NCBI RefSeq assembly: GCF_018350175.1
Contig: NC_058368.1
Location: 115,756,001 to 115,820,000, forward strand
DNA length: 64,000 nucleotides
Direction of reading: 5' to 3'
DNA from: Felis catus
Lineage: Eukaryota
Each line of letters starts with the position of its first letter. The first letter of the stretch is position 1. Below the pieces are notes generated by a model. That model made no database searches and had not been told where the DNA came from. It was given only the letters and a program-made list of their open reading frames with translations. Positions 50,625 to 64,000 of this stretch are shown here, piece after piece. Made by a program: the position numbers and the translations under genes.

Positions 50625-53109
50625 CTGGGGGTATGAGAGACACGTACCAGTGACCCACTGAGACCACCTCTGGGCCCCAGGCACCACCTCTTTCATGGCC
50701 CTTCATGGCTCATCTCAAAGTTGGAAGATCAGGAACTGCAGGAATAGCTGGAGAGGGAAGGTCTGGTGGTCCCTCCCAGTCACCAACAAGGCAAAGGGGA
50801 GGCCACCAGGAGCTCTAACCCTTTGCCCAGCACCACCCTGCTGGTGGTGCACCCGTGCTCTGGGCAAACCTCCAAAGGCCAGGAAGATTTGCTGTATTTG
50901 GGGAGGGATGAGAGACTAGCAGAAAATGCTCCTTCTGCTGGAATAGGAGCCCACTTCTTGCCTGCCTTTCTAGGGGCTCCACTGCAGGTGGATGAGACAC
51001 CATGTGTTTTGTAGGGAACAAAGTCACAGGGGTGCTGGAAGGAGACCTCTCTATCAGTCTGCACTGCTTGGGCTCTCGGGGTAGGGTGGCTGGAAGGGAG
51101 CTGGGCTTTGAAGGGAATGGCACCTTTAGGACACTCCTTCTCTAAGATCTAGAGAGATGGGAGGAGAATCCTAGCTTCTATGTCTTCCTCCTTTGTCCCA
51201 GAGGGGACAAGCCTCCCAGGAATGCTAGAGAGGCTGCTCTGCCCATCGCATAAGCCCCCACCCCAGGGTTTTCGTTGCATCTGCTCTCACGAGGCAGCCC
51301 TGTCCTCCCCCACCCAGTCAGCTGTTGCCTTGGAAGGGAGCGTCCAGGCCTCAACTGCCCAGGTTATAAATCCTGGACGTCAGGTTGCTGGAGAGGAGGT
51401 GGGCTTGAGAGAGGCCTGTATGATGGCTGGGAAGGGAAAACTTGGTGAGAGTGAGGCTGGGCTTTAAGGCTGCTGACCCACACAGCACATCTGATGGGTC
51501 AGATTCATTTGATACATGAAAATAACTAAGGTCCTGCTCACCCACGGGATGCCATCCAGAAACCTGGTTTCAAGTGAAAAGTCTTGCCCCAAATGTTTTC
51601 ATCTGTAAGCTAACTCCCGAGGCTGTGTACCCAGATCGGGGAGTCCCTCAGCCTCTGGGGCTCTGAGGGTCTCTCACTCCCACCCAGCAGCAGCCTCCTG
51701 AGGTGCTCCTGTCTCCTCAGGGGTACCAAGTCCCTATCCACCCCCTCTCCGTGGTGATGGGGTTGAGAGGAGGAGGAGGAGGAGGAGGAGGGCAGGCACT
51801 TGGCGCCCTCAGTGTTTAGACATGTGGGAGACAGATGGAGCGCGGGGACTGTGAGTGTATACACAGCTCTGCCTCTGTATATGTCTGAGGAGCTTGCTGA
51901 TAAAACCCGGCGGGCAAGGCCAGCTCCCACCTTCCCCTCCACACCATGCCTGCTGCTGCTCTGGCATCCCTGAACCCCAACCCTGCGGAGGTCCCCTGCC
52001 AACAGCTGGGACCTGCGTGCCGGCAGGGACAGGAGGCCTCTGCTGGTCTCTGCCCACTCTGGGTCAGGGAGACCCAGGGAACCAAGAAAAGGACAGAAGA
52101 GAAACAGCTGAGGTGATCTTGCCTGCGAGTTGTAAAATCCGTTGCTCTGGGGGACACCAGAGGTTGCCCTGCCCTTCAGTTACACTGCCAAGGAGGAGTG
52201 AAGAAAAAGAGCAGGGGAACGCCCGTCCGGAGCCACGGTGTGTGTTGTGACAAGGCCTCGGGGCTCCTGACGCCTGGTTGAGCCTTCTCACCAGCCGGCC
52301 AGTTTCTCGTGGAAGAACATGTCAGCACCGAGGCTTGACATCAGCAGACGAATGCAAACACGGTGTGGACCACCGGCCGGGGCCTCTCGAGGGAGTTGGC
52401 TAAGGCAGGAGTCTTGATTCCCTCTGCGGTTGTGGGTGGCAAAGACTGCCCACTGCCGCGCTGAGTGAGCAGCAGACAGACGTGAGGACGGTGGCGGGGA
52501 CCACAGCTGTCCACATGCCTGTCTGTGCTCGTGGAGGCCTTGGGAGGCAGAGGATGACTCTTGAAGCAAGATGGGGCCTCAGCTGGGATGCACGGCCTGG
52601 GCTGTCAGAACCATGTCATCATGGGGACTAGGCCAAGGCCCAGAAAGGCAAAAAAGGGTGGGCAATGGGGGAGCCAGTCACAGAGGGGGTTGGGGGGGGG
52701 ATGACCACAGGCCTCTCCACTTCAGAAGGAACTTGAGGCCACCCACTCTGATGGCAGGGCCTTCCCAAGTCCCCACAGCCCAGCTCTGCTGGTGGGGAAG
52801 GCTCACGCCAGGAAGATTTCCACACTGAAGATGCACATTCATGCTGTTCCAGCACACACGGACTCCCACGGCAGCTTGTATACGCTCCCTTGTCAGCATG
52901 TCCGTATTTCTTCACTGTGTTCTCCCATGTTTGGGGAAGTGAAGATGACCTACGGACTCCAGGTTGGAGACTCTGGCCGCCCCCTCTTGACGCCCCCATT
53001 GGGATGGTCCACAGCCTCCCCAGGTGGGGCTCCTGATCATCTGCCCAGTCACTTGCTCCCCCAGGCTTGCTCTGAGCAGCACAAACCTAAGACCTGGAGG
53101 GCATCTTGA

Positions 53110-53765
53110 ATACCTTTCCGTCCTTTATTATTCCCACCCATCTATCACTGAGGCTGCCTTTCTACCTCCTCACAAGGCTCTGTCCATGTGTCCCCACTGG
53201 TCCCCAGCCCTCCATGGTCTCTCTCTCGGATGACCACAACACAGCCTCTTCACTGCTCTTTCTGCCCTCACTCTTGCCTTCATCTCTCACCATTTTGCTT
53301 TATTGCTGTCAAACTGATCTTTAAAATATGTAAAAGCGGTCAATCACTGCCACGATCAAAACCCTCCAGTGGCTTCCATTTACACTCAGAATACTTTCCC
53401 CCAGTCCCCCCGCCTCCCCCACTTCGTGTCCTATCCCTCTCTTAGAGTATGTTCATACTATACTGGTTTAGTCCAGCTCCTCTAACAAGCCAGGTGTCTT
53501 CCCGTCCAGGGTTTTCAAAGTATCAGCGTCTCAGAGAGGCTTCCCAGGCTCTTCCTTCACTCCTTCTCTTAGCTGTGTACATTTGCACGTCTAGTACTTA
53601 TTCTAACATAATTAAGTGACCAGCTCCTTTACCCGAATGTAAGCTCCATCGGGACAAGGTCCATGTCTGTCTTCAACAACAAACTCCAATGTTCAGCATA
53701 GTGCTTGAGATGTAACGGGGTGCCTAACAAGTATTTACAAATATTCGTATGAACAAACAAATATG
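53110..53765 (+). mobile_element. L2 LINE remnant (3' part)
   Basis: aaaaccctccagtggcttccatttacactcagaata and gaatgtaagctccatcgggacaagg...atgaacaaacaa, typical of the L2 3' end. Confidence 0.65.
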
Positions 53766-53884
53766 TGAATCTTCAGAGTAAGGTGGCTTCTACTACCATC
53801 CCAGGAGCTACCCTGGTCAACTTGGCCTGATGATGACTGAAGCATCATCTCCTATAGTGCAAATTTTCTGGCAGGTCACTGGGG

Positions 53885-54635
53885 GAAATGAAAATCAAAA
53901 CCACCATGAGATACCACTTCACACCCACTTGGATGGCTATAATCAATAAATGGGCAATAACACACAGTGGTGAAGATGTGGAGAAATTGGTATCTCTGTA
54001 CATTGCTGGTGGGAATATAAAATGGCGCACCCACTTTAGAACACCGCCTGGTAGTTCCTCAACAAATGAAACCTAGAGTTACCACGTGACCAGGCAATTG
54101 CACTTCCAGGTATATACCCAAGAGAACGAAAAACCTATGTCCACCCAAAAACTTGTTCATGAATATTCTAGCAGCGTTGTGCCTAATAGCCCAAATGGGG
54201 AAACACCTCAGATGACCCAACAACCCAAACTGATGAATGGATACACAAAAGATGTTATATCCATACAATGGAAAATTAGTCACGAAAAGGAAAGAAGTGC
54301 TGCTGTATGCTACAACATGGATGAATCTCAAAAACCTGATGTTAAATGGAAGAAACCGGTCATAAAAGGCCACATATTATATGATTCTATTTATATGAAG
54401 TGTCCAGATCAGGGAAATCCGTAGAGGCAGAAAATAGGTGTGTGGTTGCCAGAAGCTGAGGGATGCGGGATTGGGGAGCGTGTGCTCATGGGTTTAGGGT
54501 TTCTGAAAATATTTGGGAATTAGTGGTGATGGTTATTCAACCTTGTGAAAATCCTAAAAGCCACTGAATTGTATACTTTAAAAGGGTGAATTTTATGGTA
54601 TATAAGTTATACCTAAAATTTTTTGATTTTAAAAA
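53885..54635 (+). mobile_element. Old L1 3'-end fragment
   Basis: ORF 53888..54076 (KIKTTMRYHFTPTWMA, ORF2 C-terminus) followed by an L1M-type 3' UTR. Confidence 0.85.
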
Positions 54636-54641
54636 TTAGCT

Positions 54642-54850
54642 GGGGGGGAGCCTGGGTGGCTCAGTTGGTTGGGTGTCAGACTCTTGATTTTGGATTGGGT
54701 CATGATCCCAGGGTTGTGGGATCGAGTCCTGCATCAGGCTCTGCACTGAACGTGGAGCCTGCTTAAAATTCTCTCTCTCCTTCTGTCCCATCCTGGCTTG
54801 CATGCTCATGCTCGCTCTCTCTCTCTCTCTCTCTCAAAAAAAAAAAAAAA
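54642..54850 (+). mobile_element. Can-SINE
   Basis: ggggagcctgggtggctcagttggtt start, (CT)n, A tail. Confidence 0.88.
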
Positions 54851-54861
54851 ATGCCTGGAAG

Positions 54862-55543
54862 AATGGCTAAAATCAAAAATGTAAGAAACAGCAAGTATTG
54901 GTGAGGTTGTGGAGAAACAGGAACCCTTTGTGCTCCGTTGGGGGGAATGCAAACTGGTGCAACCACTGTGGAAAACGGTATGGAGGTTCCTTAAAAAAGT
55001 AAAATTAGCATATGATCCAATAATCCCACTACTTGGCATTTACCCAAATAATATGAAAACACTAATTCAAAAAGATATGTGCAACCCTAGGTTTATTGCA
55101 GCATTATTTACGATAGCCAAGATATGGAAGCGACTCAAGTATCCATCCATAGACGAAGGAATAGAAAAGATGTGGTATATACATACATAATGGAATATTA
55201 CTCAGCCATAAAAAAGAATGCAATCTCAATGTCTGCAACTTGGATGGATCTAGGGGACAATGCAAAGTGAGATGTCAGAGAAAGACATATACAGCATATG
55301 ATTTCACTCATATGTGGGATTCAAGAAACAAAGGAATAAAGAAAAACAGATAAAAAAATCAGGCTCTTAAATAGAGCAAACTAGTGGTTGCCAGAGGGGA
55401 GAGGGGTGGGGGATGGGTGAAATAGGTGCAGGGTATGAAGAGCTCATTTGTGGTGAGCACAGAGCAAAGTAAAGAGTTGTTGAATCACTATACGATGCAC
55501 CTGAAACTAATATTGCATGCTAATTATATTGGAATTAAAATTG
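54862..55543 (+). mobile_element. 5'-truncated L1 with 14-bp target-site duplication
   Basis: ORF 54909..55190 ([20 protein letters not shown]...FIAALFTIAKIW, ORF2 C-terminus); TSD aaaatgcctggaag at 54848-54861 and 55544-55557. Confidence 0.9.
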
Positions 55544-58500
55544 AAAATGCCTGGAAGGGTAAACCCAGGAGGCTTCTAGCAGCCATTAGTGTCTTAGTGG
55601 GCATGAGCTTATCCAGGCTTTGAAGAGAGAAGGGCCAGGAGGAGAGCTGATAGGGATGGGCCTGTCTCCTGCCAGCCGGTTGCTGTAAGCACTCTTCACC
55701 GTTGCTCTTGGAGAAACCTTTTCTTATCTTTCAAGGCCCGGGTCAAGTGATCTTGCTCCATCAAGGCTCCCTCCCACCTGCTCAGTCTGCCCCTTTTCCT
55801 GCTGTTAAAGTTGCCTCTCTTTCCTCTTCCATGGGTTAGAACGGGCCGATGCTCTGAATTTGGGTTTTAGCTTCCTATCAGGAACTTTGAGGGACCTAGA
55901 CTAGAAGCCAAGACTATGACTCCCCTGAGTTTACAGCAGGGTCTTTCTGAGTAAGGCCTTACTGAATATGTGAGCAAAAGAGCAGGTGTGTGTGTGTGAT
56001 TAAACAGCCAGCCTTTCTAAGCCCCCCCACCCCACCCCACCCCACCCCAGCCCCCGTAAGGGACTCCCTCTCCAGGGCTTCCATGGTCTTGTGACACCCC
56101 AGGTCAAGTCTGCCTACCCTCTGGGGCAAAGCTAGGCTCAGATCGATATCCTGGGATTGGAGCAGCCACCCTGAGATATTCCCAAGATCTCTTTCAGCTG
56201 GGGATGAGGCAGCTGGTTTCCATAACCCAGAGATGGGTCGGACCAAGCTGATTGTTTTATTAACAGCACCACACACTTCTTGCTGACTCCTCCTCCTCCC
56301 AGGCAACCAGGAAGGCAGTCTCTCGTGAGCTGGTAGAGCTATGACTGTAAGAAGCGTCTGCTTCAATTTGAGGAAGGAGCATCAGGCTCCCCAGGAACAG
56401 AGCCAAAGCAGGGAGCCAAGAGTCTCAGCAATGCCCCTTGAACAGCCACTACTCCTTGCCTCCTGTGCCCTCTTCTGGCCACCCCACCCCTTAGCCCTGG
56501 CTTCCCTGGGGCCCGGGCGGGCCAAACCAACCCACCTTGGGATGAGTCACAAGGGGGCAGGCACAGCTGCCCGCTACCCGCCCTTCATCTCCTCCCCAGG
56601 GTGCGGTTGCTGCCAGTCTTCTGGGTTCCATGGGTAAACAAGGAGCCTGGGTATCTCTGCCTGTGGAAATGTCCTCCACGGGGATCCTCCTGATATCTTG
56701 CAAGTGGCCCTGTTCACCGCCCCATGTCAAGGGTAGGGGCCTACTATGAACTGAGCACGGCAACAGAAGAGGTGGTGTGTGTGTGTGTGTGTGTGTGTGC
56801 ACGCATGTGGTGGTGGCTAGGTGCACAAGTGTCAGTCTCGACATTAAACTCAGAATCCTAGAATTTTATGGGCAACGGGTCTAGAGATGATCTGGTTCCG
56901 CCTCACAGGGGGAAATGGAAGATAAGCGAGGTGGAGGAACTCTCCCAGGCTTGCACGACAGAGCTCAGAAGAGACCAAAGCTCTGGACTCTCTGCCACTC
57001 TGCCCTGCCGCTCTCCTGCTGGGCTGGAGGGAGGAAAGGCATGGAGCCCTGTGGGAAGCTCCCAGGGCCCAGCCCAGCCCAAACCTCCACTGCCTGGTTC
57101 CCTAACTGATCAGAACACGGACTGCTAAGGGCTGACAGAAGGCCATGGGTGGGGTGGGGCTTCAGCTTATCTGAGGGGTTCTCAAAATGGTCTACAGTCT
57201 CAGACCCCAAATCCACAGGAGAGAGGGCACTGCTGTGGTTGTCTGCACGGCAGCCCTTCCCTCTTACTCGACTGCCGACACCCGTCTAGGGAAGTGCCCC
57301 TGTGTAGTTCTGGCAGGCCCATCACTCAGACTCTGTATACACACGAGCCTGGAAAAGATGCCACCCCATCTCCTGAGCACAGTGACTGGGCCAAGCGGGG
57401 CGTGTGAATTAAGTACGGTCAGTTGGCATCCATCCTTGTGATCATATGAGTGGATGTAGAGACAAAGCTATCTCTTTTTCTCTGGGAGAGAGGCTGGGGT
57501 GATGTAAACATGGAGCTGTCTGAGGCCATGGCCTCTTCTTCCCAATCCATTCCCCAAACATGGGAGAAGCCCGTTTTGCCGTAGGAGAGAGTGAGGACAA
57601 TACCCAGAGGGAGACAGCATCTTGATCCCGACTCTGAGGACTTGGATTCTATCAGTTCTACCTGTGGATTTCCCAGTTTTAAACACCAATCAATTCCTTA
57701 AGGTAGTTTTAAGTTGGGTTCTTGTCAGTTCCAACCAAGAAAATCTTGCATAATAAAACAATAAACATCAAGTCCAAAGTGGATCTAAGAATGTCTGCCC
57801 ACTATGGCTGGAGGTAACAGGTGCTGGACACCTAGCATGGTCCATTTTCCTGGGCTTGGGACAGGTTAGGAGGAGCAGGGAGGGCAGGTACTGGAGCATA
57901 TGGGAGTCAGTAAAGGCCTTGGAGAAGATTATAAATCCTTTTCTATATTGTTTACCAGGTGCGTACTGTAAGCCAGGCACTGTGTTAGGCTCTGAGGTTA
58001 GAATGGCGATCAGGCTAGACGTAGCCCCACGGAGCTCAGGGTCTCAGTGTTTGCTAACTACTTTTACATTGTATAGTGCTCTCGTGAACCATCAGTTAGA
58101 CTTGGGGCAGAATATTTAACCGCTTTGAGCTTCAGTCTCATAATTTATAAAATACACCACGGGCTTGTCAGGGTTCAAGATATAGTGTGGAATGTGGAAT
58201 GGAGCGGCTCTCAGTAAACAGTAGCTGTTACTGTAACTCCTGGGGAGAAGGCATCATTCCTGCTCTCCCTGCTCCTGTCTCCATCATTCCATGGTGGAGG
58301 TCACACTTGCATAAAAAGTTCAGCAACAGTATGAGACTTGAAAAAATATAATAGAATTCAGGAAAGACCACAGTTGGCCAAGAAGTGGCCTGGGAGCGAG
58401 GCCTGGGGGTGACACTGGTGGGATGAAGGGGTCAGGGAGGACGGCAGCCTGGGAGAGATGGCACGAGAAGAGGAATATGAATGGACTGTAAGGGACTGAC

Positions 58501-59221
58501 ACAGTTACGGCTGGAAAGATCGTTTGGGCCAAGTTGGTGTGAACTGGGTTGTGGACAAAGTCCTTGTTCTGTGGTACCATGGGGTAGGGGCATGACAAGA
58601 TAAAAGTATCTTAAGAGGCTACTGCTCAGGTTTAGGTGAATCAAGATGAAACCTGGGCCAGGTTGCCTCTGACATAGGGTTGGAATGGGGGGGTACAGAT
58701 GTGAGAAAGATCCAGAAAGAAGATCAACCAGGACTGAGACCTGGAACTATACAATATAGTGGATGAGGAGCCTCAGAACCTGGGAGAATAGGGGAACCCC
58801 TTACAACATGGGGCAGGCAGGGTCTGCAGCGGGTTTTTCTCCAAGGGTCTTAGGGCAAGGAACATTCCACGTTCTCCTGATAATGCTGGGTTTAGGGAGC
58901 ACTGGAGGCCTGTCCAGTGGAAGTACTGGCAGGTGAAGGCAGATACAGGATTAGATGGGCAGGGGCAGGCCTGGAAGTGAACCCAAATAACCAGGTAGCC
59001 AAGTGATATGCTCAGTGTGTGGGTGGTGCTGGGAAGACACCGAGCTGTTTGGAGTTAGTTTCCGGGGCTAGAGTGGAAGCATGCGGTCTAAGGACAGGCA
59101 GCTCCGGCCACTTTCTGGTCAAGGGAAACCAGGTTGTCTGCCCACTAACACTGTAGCTGCCATGGTGGAGGCAGGAAGCTAAGGGTGCCCTGGGTGCTGT
59201 GGGCTCCTGAACTCGCATGTC

Positions 59222-59407
59222 TTTAATTTTGTTTAATGTTTATTTTTGAGAAAGTGCGAGCAGGGAAGGGGTAGAGAGAGAGGGAGACACAGAATCTGAA
59301 GCAGGCTGTTAGATCAGAGCCTGACACGGGGCTTGAACTCATGAACCATGAGATCAGAACCTGAGCTGAAGTTGGACACTTAACCGACTGAGCCACCCAG
59401 GCACCCT
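59222..59407 (-). mobile_element. Can-SINE
   Basis: SINE body ending ...ccgactgagccacccaggcaccc. Confidence 0.87.
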
Positions 59408-59934
59408 GACTGCGTATGTTTTTAAGGAAGAGGCCCACCTGTTGGAGAAGGGTCTGCAGTCCCTGAAAAGAGGCCGCCCACAGGGGCCGATCCACCCAAG
59501 TCTCCTGGCCATGGCCCCCACCAAGATGGCTGCCTGCACTCGGGTGCCCAGCAAAGCAACAGGCAGTCAGCTCCCACACGCCCGGGGCCTGCCTCTCCCC
59601 GGAGCCCCGCTCCTGGCAGCCCAGCCTCCCATAATTGCCTTCTAAAAATATCTTTTCCCCACCCCCACCTCTTGATTTCAAAATATTTAGTTTTCAGGAT
59701 ATTTAAAATGAGAGCTGGCGGCTCTTCCAGGCCCAGATAACAAAGCTAAACATTTATGCTTGGACTGCATTTCTCTGAATCGGCCCAGATCTCGGGGATT
59801 GATAGGGCAGCAGCAGGAGGGGAGGGGAATCAAGTGCAAGATGGATCATGTGCGGGCCTCCAGAGGGCTGGGGGCAACTGGCCCGCCCCATCAAACACCC
59901 ACAGGACCCCTCCCCTTGTTGGGGGACCACCTAC

Positions 59935-60053
59935 CGCTGTTGACATGGAGCCGGCCCCGGACCGTGTCCTTCCCCAGGATGTTCTCAGCCTCGCAGACAT
60001 ACTCCCCAGCGTCCTCCACCTTCACCTTGTTGAACTGTAGTCGTGAGTTCTTT
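59935..60053 (-). CDS. NRG2: NRG2 Ig-like domain exon, second half (RKNSRLQFNKVKVEDAGEYVCEAENILGKDTVRGRLHVNS)
   Basis: aaccag acceptor, gtaggt donor; I-set motif DAGEYVC. I found no further upstream exon in the window. Confidence 0.96.
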
Positions 60054-60542
60054 CTGGTTAGGGAGGGGATAAGAGGGGGAGAGACGTGAGCCAAGGCCCT
60101 GGCTGTCTGTGGATTCCCAGCGGTCACCTTTTCCCATACAGCCCCAGTGGCTGTGCAGGGTGGGTGGGAAGTAGATTCTGGGTTCCAGGTAGAATGCTGA
60201 GTCCCCGGAGCTGGAGGGGGACCTAGGGGCTCAGGAGAACACAGGGAAGAGCTAGTGGCTGCACATATGTTCTAAATCTATGAACCCGCATGTCCACTTT
60301 TCTAGGGCCAGACCTTCTTTGTACCCTTTTTGTGGGGGAGAAAAGTGGGGTCTCCTAAGGAAGTCACATGGCTACCTCTCTCCTCTCCTTTTGGTGTCCC
60401 TCCCCCAGTCGCGGTGTTTCCCTCAAAACAGGGCAGCCTCTGGCTTGCTATTTACCTCAGCCTTCCCTTAGAAGTGGCAGCCTGTCACTCTAGATATGGA
60501 AGACCTGTTCTCAGGTACCTGGGCAGGCCCTTGATCTAACAG

Positions 60543-60556
60543 GTTCCCATGGTAAC
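60543..60556. promoter_or_regulatory. RFX X-box motif
   Basis: GTTCCCATGGTAAC, a near-perfect 14-bp palindromic X-box. Confidence 0.4.
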
Positions 60557-63212
60557 TGTGCCCAGCCTCCTGGTCCCAAACTGTAGCTCCCCTGTCTTCA
60601 TATTAGCCCTGCCACCAGGGGTATTCTGGGGCCTCTCCCAGGGGCTTTAGCTTCATTCACTCATTCACTAATTCATTGATTCGTCAATTTAATAAAGCTT
60701 CTGTGTCCTTGAATTTTGGATACGTCAAGGGAACAAACAGATCCTAATCCTAAAGGCCTGACTTGCCCCTCATGGCTAACATGAAAGTGGACAGGGCAGT
60801 ACAGATGGGAAAACTGAGTCCTAGAGGGGCTTCTGGATTTGTCCAAAAACACCTGGCAAGGTGAAAGCAGCGGTGGGTGAAAAGCGGGAATTGGTGGGAC
60901 ACGGGCCCCTCGGTGGCTCATGGACTATTTCCCAGAGCCCGAGGCTGGGGCTAGCCCCCTCTGTGAAGGGCTTTTCACCCAGTCCCTGCATGCCGAGAGT
61001 TGTGGGGCCAGGCCTGGGCAGGGACTCCGTGCTGTGTGTGACTCCAGGGCACCAGGCCCCGGTTCTCCTCTTCTTTCTGAAGACCCTGCCAAACCTCTCC
61101 TTCCTTCCCAGGGTTTCTCTGCGCTTGCCCCAGGGGACCTGGGCTCTGCGGGGTCTGTTCACACCTCCCATCCCTCTCTCTGCCACAGTGCTCTTCAGGG
61201 GCCCATCCGAGCTCTGGATAAAGCCTAGTACCCCAGCCCGGCCCCCAGGGGGGAACAAGAAGTAGCATGAAAATTTCTTTACATGATGTAACCTCTTCCT
61301 CTTTTGAGCCCCAAATTAAAACACCAGATTCCCAGAATCTGTGTTGTGTGTTGGAGGGGTGGTGGAACAGGAGGTAGGGCAGTACAGCTGTCACTGTCCT
61401 AAGCCCAGGGATGAAAACCAGAGCCACGAAAGCTGCTGGGGGAAGGACAGGGGAGCGAGGCTGGGCCCTGGGTAGAGGAGGCGGCAAACGGACCGCCATC
61501 GTCACTGGGGATGTACTCTGGGAACCCGTTTCCTGGGCTCGCCTCTGCCTCCAGGGGGGGCCTCCTCTCAGATCACCTCACTCTAAGATCCTCCAAATGA
61601 GGGTCCATGAGGTTGTCTGGTCAGCAGGCCCTGTTGCCGTGGTGACGTCCTCGCTGATGTCTCGGCGACAGCTGCCTGGCTGCCCCCGCAACTCCATCCC
61701 TCCAACCCTTCCCAGCTCAAGCCAGTCTCTGTCTCCTTGGCCTGGTGTCTGCCTCCAAACCTCTTCTGTCAATTCAAGTTTGTTCTCTTCATTAAACAAA
61801 GCCCTGGAGGCCCCTCTGGCTAAAACAGCATCTCCTTCCTGGCTCCAGCCTAATTAGATACCACAAAGTCCAGCTGCCCCAGGACCAGGCTTCTCTCACT
61901 TCTTGGCCACCAGCAGCAATTCCCTGACACTGGGTGAGAAGCGCAGATGACCACCTGAGGCTCGCAGGGTCAAGGTATAGGGGGCACAGAGCCAGAATCT
62001 CCCTCTCACCCACTGCTGTACTCAAAGGAGCTTCCTTTACACCACATCCCACGTAACAGGAAAGAAAGGTGGAGTTAGGCTCACAGATACCTGGAGGGAT
62101 AAAAGCTGGAAATGGAAGGAAGGCCTTCCCACACAAGGTATATGAGACCTTCAGAAAGTGTAGGTCCAGGGCTCAGGGAGAGGCCCTCTCCTTTGAGGAA
62201 CTGGAAAGAGGCAAGTGGACAGAAGCAATGACCCCTAGGTTTACTGGTTGCAGGCACCTTAGTTTATCAGCTGTGTGATGATCTTGTCAGTTCCAGGGAG
62301 GGGGGCCCAGACTTGCATAAGAGACCCTGGGGTCAGAGCCAAAGGATATAGGCTCGATGGTTCTCTTAGCCCTAGAGGAGCAGGGGCCACTCCATTCTCT
62401 TCTCACTCCTAGCTCCCGTAGGAAGCCCTGAGGATTCAAGATTCTCTCCCACCTTCCTGGTGCCCAGTGCCCGCTCGCCACAATGACCCAGGCCTGCCCC
62501 TGTGATGGGTGCACCTCCCCTCCTTCCTCAGCCAGTTTTCTGCTGGCAGGAACGCATCCTCCACCCGTCCGCACATTTTCCTCAGTGCCTACCTCCTGCT
62601 GCCTGCCTGAGGGGCCTGTTCCAGCTTGCCCCTCATAAATAAGGGAACACGCGGTTCTGCAGGGGAGGGACCTGCGCCCAGGGCTTGGGGGGGCTGGTTT
62701 GCTTCTGGCACAGGAAGGCTTGGGTGAGACACCTCAGCGTGGCGGCCCTAGAGATAGGCAGCACCCGCCGGGAAGGGGGCCTCTGAGAACCAAGAGCCAT
62801 TTCAAGAGCTACTGTGGCCTGGCAGATGGCGTGCTAGGATGACCAAAGAGCAAGCTGTAGTGTGGGTGGAAGGAAAGAGAGATTTTGCCAGGAAGGAGAC
62901 TCCTGCTCCTGTCCCTGGCCCCCCTGGTAGGTGAAGCGTGTGTGTGGAGGTGGCAGGCCTCTTTGCCACAGTGAGGGAATCAGAAGTTCTCCATCACAGC
63001 TCCCCGTCTTCTACCCAGCCAACTCGCTGCTGGGAGCCCAGGCGCAGGTTGGGTGGAGCGAAGTTTCAGGAATGCAGCAAATGGGACAGGGCCCTAACAG
63101 AAAGAAGGCAGGAGGCACACTTCAGGCTCTTAGGGGTCCCCAATACCCAGGACTGAAAGACTGGACCACGTACTCTTTCTGGACTGGGTAACCCATTTGT
63201 CAGATGAGGCTT

Positions 63213-63424
63213 AGGGCGCCTGGGTGACTCAGTTGGTTAAGCGTCTGACTTTGGCTCAGGTCATGATCTCAGTTTGTGGGTTTGAGTCCTGTGTTGGACT
63301 CTCCCCTGACAGTGCAGAGCCTGCTTGAGATGTTCTCTCTCCAAATTTCTCTGCCCCTCCCCCACTAATGCATGCACATACTCTCTTTCTCTCAAAATAA
63401 ATAAACTTGAAGAAAAAAAAAAAA
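63213..63424 (+). mobile_element. Can-SINE
   Basis: gggcgcctgggtgactcagttggttaagcgtctgact start, A tail; TSD tgaggctta. Confidence 0.88.
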
Positions 63425-64000
63425 GTGAGGCTTAACCAGGACGGTAACTTGCTCAAAGTCTAGGTCAACCCAAAGGGTGTCTTGTCCAGTCCTAGAGTCG
63501 CCCTGAACCCGGGAGAGGACGTCTAGTTCTGCAAGATTCTCATCAATGTAACACTCAATGCGGATGTCCTCTGCCAGGCTGTACAGGGCAAAAGGGTGTA
63601 TATGGGTGGCATCCAGCCTCTGAGGCTCTCTCATGCTAGAGGGAAAGAGAACCCCCAAAATGAATGAAATGGTGTCCAAGGCACCATGAGAAGAGACCAT
63701 GAGAGCTTCCTGGAGGGTTCAGGGAGGTGTCCCAGAGGATATGACATTTAATCTGGACCTGGAGAACTTTGCCAGGGACAAGGTGGGGGAGGGAGGAGCT
63801 TCCATAATAGCTGGGGTCCAAGTCCAGGGTCATGAAAGGAAAGACCAGGGATCAGGAGCACTGAGGAGTTGGGGAGCAGCATGGCAGTGACTTAAAGGTG
63901 AGGAGGAGAGGAGTTGGAAGGGCTCTGAGGCCTGGGTTGAGGCTGGCATACAGCAGGCTCTCAAGATCTATCCAGTAAATGAGTGAATGATCAGATATGT

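Noticed and set aside
60612..60625. CCACCAGGGGTATT as a CTCF site
   Set aside because: The 3' part lacks the GGCRS consensus; too weak to call.

Overview
Mammalian genomic DNA, almost certainly from a cat-family (Felidae) genome judging by the carnivore tRNA-derived SINEs (Can-SINE/SINEC_Fc type). Two neuronal genes lie tail to tail. On the + strand is the 3' part of PSD2 (EFA6C, an ARF6 GEF): 10 coding exons from 2487 to 23334 covering the end of the Sec7 domain, the PH domain and the coiled coil, with a 3' UTR to about 25350. On the - strand is the 3' part of NRG2 (neuregulin-2): Ig exon 59935-60053, EGF core, alternative alpha and beta EGF exons, a 24-nt microexon, the transmembrane exon and cytoplasmic exons to the stop at 28779, with a 3' UTR to about 27590. 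I checked the GT/AG sites and reading phase of every exon by hand. Introns carry nested L1 remnants, many Can-SINEs with target-site duplications, and MIR, L2 and MER5 elements. The most striking unexplained signal is in the ~2.2 kb gap between the two 3' ends (26075-26304): a ~162-bp duplicated unit containing four perfect DR5 retinoic-acid response elements (GGTTCA-n5-AGGTCA), interleaved DR3 arrangements and an ERE-like palindrome. The half-sites are identical between copies while the linkers have diverged, which suggests a nuclear-receptor enhancer array. Other points of interest are NRG2 splicing logic (dual-frame beta exon, neural microexon, NRG1-beta3-like read-through) and an AP-1/octamer/RFX intronic module. 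Repeat family names and regulatory calls come from pattern recognition, not from database searches.
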